From contig NC_134030.1 of assembly GCF_964204645.1 (NCBI RefSeq), positions 22,218,210-22,282,209 of the forward strand: a DNA stretch of 64,000 nucleotides. Reading direction: 5' to 3'. Source of the DNA: Tubulanus polymorphus (lineage: Eukaryota; Animalia; Nemertea). Below the pieces are notes generated by a model. It saw only the letters and a program-made list of their open reading frames with translations, made no database searches and was not told where the DNA came from. Of the stretch, positions 55,001-64,000 are shown piece by piece. The position numbers were made by a program, and so were the translations under genes. Every line of letters begins with the position of its first letter. Within the stretch, counting starts at the first letter, position 1.

Positions 55001-58000
55001 CACTACTCTTACCACTCACAACTCATACCACTCACTACTCTTACCTCTCACTACTCTTACCACTCACTGCTCTTACCACTCACTACTCATACCACTCACA
55101 ACTCATACCACTCACTACTCTTACCACTCACTCCTCTTACCACTCACTCCTATTACCTCTCACTACTCTTACCACTCACTACTCTTACCACTCACTACTC
55201 CTACCATTCACTACTCTTACCTCTCACTACTCTTACCACTCACTACTCTTACCAGTCACTACTCTTACCACTCACTACTCTTACCAGTCACTCCTCTTAC
55301 CAGTCACTCCTCTTACCACTCACTCCTATTACCTCTCACTACTCTTACCACTCACTACTCTTACCACTCACTACTCTTACCACTCACTACTCTTACCACT
55401 CACTACTCTTACCTCTCACTACTCTTACCACTCACTCCTATTACCACTCACTACTCTTAACACTCACAACTCATACCACTCACTTCTCTTACCACTCACT
55501 TCTCTTACCACTCACTACTCTTACCACTCACTACTCTTACCACTCACTACTCTTACCAGTCACTACTCTTACCAGTCACTACTCTTACCACTCACTACTC
55601 TTACCACTCACTACTCTTACCACTCACTACTCCTACCACTCACTACTCTTACATCTCACTCCTCTTACCACTCACTACTCTAACCACTTACTACTCTTAC
55701 CACTCACTACTCATACCACTCACTACTCTTACCTCTCACTACTCTTACCACTCACTACTCTTACCACTCACTACTCTTACCTTGTTTATCCTTATCTCTC
55801 GTTATCTCCCAATCATTCTCAGTTTCGTAAACATCGCCGATTATTCTAACAATTTCTATAAAACAAAAGTCTATTATATTATTTACTGTTCAAATGTTTC
55901 AAAGACCCGAAAGTTTAAACAGATCAAAGTAACAGACAACACAAATATTGCTACAGATATTTGAACAAGCTCCAATGTTGTTAAGTGGTTATCTTGGGGA
56001 ACAGAACTCTAGTCAGCCATCTTGATTCTGATTGCATCTAGCATGAATTCAAGGGTTTATGACTACGGTTGTGATAATGAAGCAATATCTGTTGCATATA
56101 ATTCAGGGCCCGGTTTTATAGACTGGTATTAACTTAAACCCGGGGTTACCTCAATTCATTTTCAATTCTGTTAACCCCTGGGTTAAAGATAATACCATGA
56201 GTCTGTAAAACCGGGCCCTGGTGTTTAGTGAATGAGTTTTGAAACTATGAACTGTATTCATGTAAGATATTCTACATGTTATAGAAATAAAGGGTTAATA
56301 ATTCTATAAATACCTGGCTGCAGTTGGTCACGTGTTTTCATCCAATTCTCATGATCTACAAAGAGAAAACAACACCTAAACATTATCAAACCGATATCTG
56401 AGAATATGTGCAGTAAATCATGTGAGAGAATCTTACCTTTTTCATACCAGGTTTCACTTGTCCAACGCAACAATTCATTCACGTCTTCAGGTTTCGGACC
56501 CAAACGCGGTACTGTTAATTAGAAAATAGAAATACTGTTTATTTACACGATGCACGTTCACCTGACAAATCAACCCAATAAAGAAACAGTGTTATTTGGA
56601 TAATGTTGGAGCCACCCACTAGAGATAGGCAATGGACCTAATGCTATGATACTGCAATACTTTCTTGGCGCAACAGATTTTATACATGTATCTACCCTGT
56701 ACATCATGATAGTAGTGCAGTATCCACAGGGTCCAGTTCCACAGTTCCGAATTAAGATTTAACTCTGATTTAACTAATTGAAAATGAACTAACTTTAACT
56801 CAGAGTCAACTCTAACTCACATCTGTGGAACTGGGACTTGGTCTTTCCAGACGAACTCGGTCTATATTCACGTCTATACAAACTGTGACCTAGGAGTGAC
56901 GACTTCCGAACACTCTTAGTTTGGACACTTAAACATGAGCAAAATATGCATGACTATAAAGCTGTCGATGACTACACAGTTTTTATGACTAGGGACACCA
57001 CGCCCACTTGGGAAGTGCTTTAAAATGCTCAAAAATCTGACCATTTCAATATTCAACGCCCTCTGGTGAACATGTAATGAAACCAATGCCCTTGAAACAC
57101 ACCACAATCATAGAACTGGGCCTTTGAAAGATACACATATATAGACCAAGATAATTGATCAAAGCGTCTTCAAAATGTCCCTGAAAACTTCAAAATGTGT
57201 AAAAAGTGCTGATTTTGGCGAACAACAACGGGTGCCAGTCGGCCATCTTGATTCAGATCGGGCCAATGTTTGGGCTGAAGATGTATTAGGTTAGATGCAA
57301 GCCAAATATCAAGAAAACTTCCCAAAATAACTGGATTCCGGACGGACCACGGAGGATGAAAATTGAATGCGATATATATATTGTTCTCTTTTTCCATTGG
57401 AATTTTCTGGAGTTTCAAAATCTATAACATTTTTTTAATGTTTTCCAAATTTTTCATGTCGTATGAAATTGGCTGATCAAAAATACCTGTCTCAGCTATA
57501 GATGATCCCTTTCCATAGAATAGCCACCACAAATCAGATCTTTATTTACAAAGAAATTATAACAAGTTATACAAAAACCCAAAGGGACCCAAAAATAACC
57601 CAAAAATAAAGAAATTAAAGGGTCTTCAAAACTTCCCAAAATACTGGATTCCGTCTACGGACTGACGGACGGACCAACGGAAGGACGACGGACGAAAAGT
57701 GAACGCAATAGCTCGCTGGTCCCAAGTGGGCTAAAAAGGCAAAAAAAAGATTAATGTTTAAAATTTGTTAATTAACGGTTTTAGTTCTGTGGCCTATCTA
57801 ACAGCTTAAGACCAGTCTAAGTTCATTTTGGTTTCTATAACCGATCTAACAATTTAAGACCAGTCTCAACTCATTTTGGTTTCTATAACCAATCTAACGA
57901 TTTAAGACCAGTCTAAGAGTTTACGACCACTTTTTGAATAAGACTCTGCAACTAGGGTCCCGAAATTTAACATTTTGACTGATAATCGAGAATCAACTGC

Positions 58001-61000
58001 GTACCACCTTGGGACCCTTGACTCCCTATAGCCTTGTAAACTATTTTTTCATTTTAAGCATTATGTATAATGAATTATTACAGGACTTACAATTTCCACA
58101 TCTACACAGTTGATCATCAGGTTTTCTGCACCGCACTGTCAATTAGAAATATTAGTATTTTATTTCAACAGTTTGTCTGTTATTGTTTTTCAGATTAAAT
58201 GATGGTTTTATGTAAAACTTACAGCAGTCATGACGCCACAGTATAAACAGTATTATCAGAATCAGTAATATCAGTAATATACCGATCACAGCACCAGCCA
58301 CACTGCCTCCACCATGATCTAAAACTAATCGATTTATTATATATCAATCAGCAATTGATTTCACAGCGTTGATATTATTTATCTATTTAGGACTAGCCTC
58401 AAATAATTGTTTCATAACCAAAATCAACCGTGATATACATCGGTGGTTTAGGATTTTTAGAGTATGTTGGTTGATTTTGACTTCAGGGACAAAATTCTAT
58501 CAGTCTGTACTCAGTATTCAGATAAAATCCGGTGATTTCTGACCAACGTGGAATCTTACCTGGTTCATCAGTTGGACCGGCGTTATGATAACCAGCGACA
58601 TCAATGACCCTTTCATTAATACCGTCAGCCAAACACCGCCCTCTATAGTCAGTTGTGGTACTATTTACGATAGGAATCGTTATATTCCACTGATAGTTTG
58701 ATAGTTTTTGAACGACAGCTGGAGGGTCACATGTAACTTGTTGAGTCAATGGGTTACTATTAACTGTTACATTATACGCCGCGTGTGTTTCATTTTCACT
58801 GGATTTCTTGTAAACTGGTGCAAAATCTGTTTGAAAAATACAAAAGGTGAAGGTTGAATCTGACAAATATCTGGCCTAGCGGAGTTCTGAACCCCTGTCA
58901 CAGGAGCCATGCTCCCTTGGCAGGGATTCGAACTTGATGGCAAATATAATACGGCGCAGCAATATTATCTATTAACGTTCGTAGGAACAACAGTTATGTT
59001 TTTTGCATAAATCGCGTAAAGTAGCAGGGAATTCTTTTTTAACTGTTATTCTTAGGTTGATTGCTTAAATTCGACAGATAAATCTGTTACTTACAATGAA
59101 CAACGATTGGATTAAATTGTCGAGGTTCTGGAAACGTAAGGTTCTCCTTTACAGCACATCGAAATGACGTTCCATTGTGCAGTTTGAAATCAGCTTTGAA
59201 CTTGTAGGTCGTGTCAAAACCTTTTAAATGCCCTTTGCGAGGTACTTTACGAGGTTGTGGATCAGGAATTGGCTGCCATTGTTCAGAACCTCTTCTCTTC
59301 TGCTGGTATATCACTGTAGGATCGGGCCTCCCGCCTTCTGTTCTACAAATATATTTTACAACTTCTCCTTCAGTTCTAATGTCAGGTTGTCCGGTGAGAT
59401 TACCTTGTGTTTGAATTTCATCGGGAAAATCTGAAAAGATAAAGATGTAAATGTATTTTTGGATGATATCATATTTTGGACGATCAAATTCATGAATAAC
59501 GGGATAAATACACTGTAGCTCAGCTCTCATGCGCGCCACGTTATTTGCTTGTTAGGCACCGTAAGATATGGCAGGGGAATTCATATGTGGACACCCGTTT
59601 GAATGTTAAAACTCAAACAAGAATTCAGACTGATATCGTATGGAAATTCTCCGATGACAATACTATACAACTTACACGTAACATCCATTTTAGTTTGATG
59701 TAGTATTTGATTTTGAAGTGGTCTCGGTAATATTAAACCATTGTATCTCCTCAACTGACATTGAATCAATGTTGCGTAAATCATGTATCTATAATCCATC
59801 TGATTCCTGTTGATAACTCCATCTTTCACCGCAGTATTTACACCTTGCTCATGGATATTTACAATATCCGTTGAACCTTCAGTAAATCCATCAGCATACC
59901 ATTTTACTTTGATGTTTTGATTACCGATCTTACTAGTGGCTTCACAAGTACAAGACAGTGATTGGAATTGAGCCACCTTACACGGGTTTTCATTTATCCC
60001 TATACCTACAACAAATTTAGATGGAAACATTTACAATTTACCAGATTCCGTGGAACTGGAAAACTAGGGGCCCAGGGACACCAAGCCCACTTGGAAGTGG
60101 TTTCAAATGCTCAACAATCTAACAATTTCAATATTCAAAATATGGTAACAAAATATGTCGAGCGACCAATATAATAAGGAAATACTAAGTTATTCTACTT
60201 TTCAACGCCCCTGGTGACCATATAGAATAACTAATGACCTTGAAACTCACCACAATCATTGAACATGTCATGAGCTACAACTTTTCAAACTACGAATGAG
60301 TACTTACGACACCAAGATGGCCGCCAATTGCGTCATAATTTGCTGATGAAAAATACCTGTCTCAGGTATAAAAGACCCCTTTCCAAAGAATACCCATCAC
60401 AAATTGCAATGAAAAATGGCAAACCATCAGGAAGTTACAGGACTGAGAATCAAGGTTAAAATTGACATTTTTGGGCACAAAAAAGGTCACAGGACGGCCA
60501 ACTCGAGTCCGAGTGACCCAATTTTTCTCATGCTGATAGACCCTTAGAGGATACAACTATATCTGAAAGATCAAGGTAATTGATAAGCGTCTTCAAAATT
60601 TCCTTCGAAAACTTCAAAGATGTGTAAAAAGTGCTTCTTGGGCTGAAGATGTGTCTAGGGTAGATACATGCATAAATGAAATATCAAGAAATTACCTTGA
60701 AGCGTCTTCAAAACTTCCAAAAATAACTGGATTCCGTCTACGGACGAAGGTCCGTACGAACGGACGGACGGACGGACGACGGATGAAAAGTGAACGCAAT
60801 AGTCTAAAGTCCCAAGTGGGCTAAAAAGGAGATTAGATCTTAGACGATTTGTTTGTTTTTCAAAAGGACTCAAAACCTAGAGGTCGATAGAGTGTATAGT
60901 CGAAATTGATTGGCACAAATGCTTATATGATTCTATCAAAATGAAGATTTCAATAGTTCTATTGTTGAATACATGAAACTCAGAAACACTTGAAACTAAA

Positions 61001-63909
61001 CACTTAAAAGAAACGGATTTTAATCATCGTGGTTTCTTCAAGCTATCGATTGTTTTTGAGCGGACATTTGAACTGATGATACAGCTCAACTTTCATGGAT
61101 ATTCTTGGAGCCACCCACTAGCCAAAAGGGACGGTGATAATTTAACTGATGATACAGTGTAACTTTCTCGCGTTTAAACGCTGATGATTTTAATCATTTA
61201 CGATGAACTCAGTCTGAAGAATATTCACATATTCAGAAACTGTGACAAAAAGAGTGACGACTTTCAAACATTCTTAGTTTCACCCTTAAAAAAACGTTGC
61301 AGAATCTGCATCCAGTTCTGGAATTGGTTGTTTCCACAGTGATATCCGTCCAAGAGTACCTTGTAGTAACACCAGACACCGAGGTTCTTGGTGAATCCAA
61401 ATCAAAACAGATGTCCCTGAAGTATTTGAAAGCACGGACTTCTAGATCTCAGAAAGAACTGACCATACTCACTAATAACATCTGATATGTAGATTTGACT
61501 TTCTTTCGTTCCTGCTGAATTAGTGGCCACACATTTATACTGTTTACCAGGCTCCAGTTTGAAAACCCACACTGTCGATATACCGAGTGGTAATGGTGTC
61601 CAGGCCCCTCCTGCTCCACTGTTCACGTGCAGCTGGAAGTGTACATCAGTCGTTGTAGAGCTGCTCTGTTTACAGGTAATACTAACAGTTTTACCTTCCT
61701 GCGACAGTAATATATTTGTGCCCGGTAATACATTCACACTGTTCAGTACAACTGCATCAGGTGCTGAAATATCAAATACACAATATACGTAATATTCTTG
61801 TACCCGGTAATACATTCACACTGTTCAGTACAACTCCATCAGGTGCTGAAATATCAAATACACAATATACGTAATATTCTTGTACCCGGTAATACATTCA
61901 CACTGTCCAGTACAACTCCATCAGGTGCTGAAATATCAAATACACAATATACGTAATATTCTTGTACCCGGTAATACATTCACACTGTCTTGTACAACTC
62001 CATCAGGTGCTGAAATATTAAATATACAATATACGTAATATTCTTGTACCCGGTAATACATTCACACTGTCCAGTACAACTCCACCAGGTGCTGAAATAT
62101 CAAATACACAATATACGTAATATTCTTGTACCCGGTAATACATTCACACTGTCCAGTACAACTCCACCAGGTGCTGAAATATCAAATACACAATATACGT
62201 AATATTCTTGTACCCGGTAATACATTCACACTGTCCAGTACAACTCCACCAGGTGCTGAAATATCAAATACACAATATACATAATATTCTTGTACCCGGT
62301 ATAAATAAAAAGGTGTTCAAATAGGTACGGGGCCAATTCAAGAGGAGGTTTGGGGTGCACACCCCTGATAATGGCAAGATTTTACTTGAAAATGTAAAAT
62401 ATCAAAATGACACCTTAAGAAATTTAAATTCATAAGCTTATTATCTGTATATCTAAAAACTGGTTAGTGTTTTCCGGTAAGCTTTTTTCCCTATCAATTA
62501 TATACGTATATGATATGCCCTTTTTGGGGGAGGGTGAATCCGTCCCTGAATCAAACCCCATGGTATAATCATTTTCTAGAAGGTTGGATTTGACAAAGCA
62601 AATAAATACATGCATAAATATTCATTGCGAGTTTCTGATGTGATCAAATATCATAACGAAAGAATTTGAAAACATTTATAAGACACGACGTTACGAAATA
62701 GTTATATTAACATGATCACACGTTGTGATAAAACTAGTTATCCAAGTAACTCCCAAATCTCTAAATGTTAACAATATAATTGCATATGTTCAAATTACAT
62801 TAGATACTGGACGAAAGATCGGTTTAAAGAATGTTAACTGCATTTCACTCTGATATCGAATGGAAATTCACTCATGAAAATATTATACAACTTACATGTA
62901 ACATCCATTCTAGTTTGATGTAGTATTTGATTTTGAAGTGGTCTCGGTAATATTAAACCATTATATCTCCACAAACTACATTGTATCGATTTTGCGTAAA
63001 TCATGAATTTAAACTGCATATGATTCCTGTTGATAACTCCATCTTTCACCGGGGTATTTACGCCTTGATCATGCATCATGTCGAAATCCGTTGAACCATT
63101 AGTAAATCCATCAGAATACCATTTTACCGCCATGTTTTGATTACCGATCTTACTAGTGGCTTCACAAGTACAAGTCAGTGATTGGAATTCAGCCACCTTA
63201 CACGGGTTTTCATTTATCTTTATACCTATAATGATATGATAGGGTATGGTATGTCATGGTATGTCATGGTACACAACAGTAAAGCACAGATAAGTTTTCC
63301 TTTTTCCCCCTCAGCATTATTTGATAAATCTTAAATCAGATGCACCAAAAGGGTTGACCAATTTATTTCTAGAGTGAATAAGTGTGGGGCCAGATTTTAG
63401 CTAACCAATTGAGTTTTTATAGAGAGCAGAACAATGACCAGTATGTCATGTATTGATCTATATGAAGGGTACTGGTATAGAAACTGTCAGCCAATCCAGT
63501 AATTTATTTCAACATATTTTCTGTTCGCAATTAGTAGGTTCAGTGTTGCATTTTGTAGAAACAAACAGATTGTCACATGACCAACTGATTTATAGAGGAC
63601 AATGGAGTTCCCGCCAATACTCACTGATTACATCTGATTTGTAGATTTGACTTTCTTTCGTTCCAGCAGAATTAGTGGCTACGCATTTATACTCTTTTCC
63701 AGCCTCCAGTTTAAAAACCCAAGCTGGTGCTGATGTTGTAGGTATTAGAGTCCAGGTCCCTCCACTTTTCACTTGTAGCTCAAAGTGTACACCAGTCGCT
63801 GTAGAGCTGCTCTGTTTACAGGTAATACTAACAGTTTTACCTTCCTGTGACAGTAATACACGTGTACCCGGTAATACATTCACACTGTTCAGTACAACTG
63901 CATCAGGTG
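40344..63909 (-). CDS. Candidate Ig-ectodomain transmembrane NLR (Ig x>=6, TM, micro-exon linker, NACHT, LRR-like); 5' end beyond window; ~2000 aa in window
   Basis: Exons 63909-63625, 63225-62896, 61763-61473, 60005-59676, 59430-59095, 58826-58560, 58318-58223 (TM), 58135-58091, 56511-56437, 56355-56314, 55855-55781, 54508-54461, 54166-54137, 54056-54006, [53419-53384 weak acceptor], 53216-53133, 52901-52854, 52766-52728, 52541-52524, 52439-52392, 52317-52264, 52156-52109, 50889-50824, 50253-50224, 49969-49931, 49814-49659, 49315-49280, 49080-49063, 48030-47983, 46744-46667, 46576-46529, 46268-46218, 45043-45005, 43063-40344. Every internal exon is a multiple of 3, phase 1-1 and stop-free. 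Confidence 0.75.
45110..46043 (-). mobile_element. HINE/DINE-1-like (Helentron-associated) interspersed repeat
   Basis: Subterminal inverted repeat GCCCAC(C/T)TG / CAAGTGGGC, (GTCC)n microsatellite and short hairpin near the 5' end. Homologous to 56988-57735 and 60062-60826. Confidence 0.6.
47385..47545 (-). mobile_element. LINE ORF2 C-terminal fragment
   Basis: FRTCNHKFPVETGRWDNTVREEPICTLCN resembles the Cys-containing C-terminus of non-LTR ORF2. Confidence 0.65.
47783..47925. repeat. 27-bp minisatellite
   Basis: CACCCTTACTCAGTACCAGTCGACCTT, about 5 copies. Confidence 0.95.
48753..49001. mobile_element. MITE with ~60-bp TIRs
   Basis: TCATGAAGAGAAAAACCCACAATATAGATCTAAAA / TTTTAGATCTGTATTGTGGGTTTTCTCTTCACGA. 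Confidence 0.65.
54705..55780. repeat. 16-bp minisatellite abutting a splice donor
   Basis: CACTCACTACTCTTAC, about 65 copies. On the minus strand it reads GTAAGAGTAGTGAGTG and starts exactly at the donor of exon 55855-55781. Confidence 0.95.
56104..56220. mobile_element. Small Harbinger-like MITE
   Basis: CAGGGCCCGGTTTTATAGACT / AGTCTGTAAAACCGGGCCCTG inverted repeats. Confidence 0.65.
56988..57735 (-). mobile_element. HINE-like repeat, rearranged copy
   Basis: Same termini and GGACG microsatellite as 45110-46043. Confidence 0.55.
58223..58318 (-). CDS. Transmembrane exon of the Ig-TM-NLR model
   Basis: DHGGGSVAGAVIGILLILLILIILFILWRHDC, followed by the basic/Cys exon LRCRKPDDQLCRCGN (58135-58091). 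Confidence 0.88.
58560..63909 (-). CDS. Six Ig-like domain exons (A1-B1-A2-B2-C-D)
   Basis: One domain per phase 1-1 exon (267-336 nt) with paired Cys. Motifs VSITC...YKCVATNSAG, CTCEATS...VKW...IQC and YICRTEGGRPDP...FRCAV (C2-set-like). Confidence 0.88.
60062..60826 (-). mobile_element. HINE-like repeat
   Basis: Colinear with 45110-46043. Confidence 0.6.
61721..62300. repeat. 82-bp tandem repeat built from an intron-exon boundary (second array starts ~63867 and runs off the window)
   Basis: CCCGGT recurs at 61721, 61803, 61885, 61967, 62049, 62131, 62213 and 62295. Each unit contains the acceptor and the first 42 nt of Ig exon A. Confidence 0.95.
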
Positions 63910-64000
63910 CTGAAATATCAAATACACAATATACGTAATATTCTTGTACCCGGTAATACATTCACACTGTTCAGTACAACTGCATCAGGTGCTGAAATAT

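Noticed and set aside
54602-55849. His/Thr/Leu-rich ORFs of 276-415 aa
   Set aside because: Translation of the 16-bp intronic minisatellite on the antisense strand.

Overview
AT-rich, intron-rich animal DNA (invertebrate, lophotrochozoan-like; species not determinable from sequence alone). I built all exon models by hand from GT-AG sites and reading-frame phase. (1) 1-12.5 kb: a tandemly duplicated block (about 5.23 kb offset). It holds a 4-exon gene for a small secreted precursor (signal peptide, RAKR, Gly/Asn repeat, PGCRFGGLLC-GR stop) lying tail-to-tail with a class A GPCR. One GPCR copy is intact and one is 5'-truncated. (2) 13.4-34 kb: three tandem paralogues of a type I membrane receptor with Ig-like ectodomains and a Tyr-motif tail. 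They differ in Ig loops, domain number, TM length and the presence of a terminal ITIM-like motif. (3) 40.3-64 kb, the main finding: one minus-strand gene model, running off the window end, with at least 34 exons joined only by phase-1 introns. It reads in frame as at least 6 extracellular Ig-like domains, one TM helix, a ~450 aa linker encoded by ~26 small symmetric exons, then NACHT and LRR-like repeats. This is a candidate cell-surface Ig-TM-NLR of more than 2000 aa. Its two membrane-proximal domains resemble the first two domains of the neighbouring trio, which suggests an immune or allorecognition-type cluster where related ectodomains are wired to different signalling tails. The rest is minisatellites, MITEs, HINE-like repeats and LINE/Penelope fragments.
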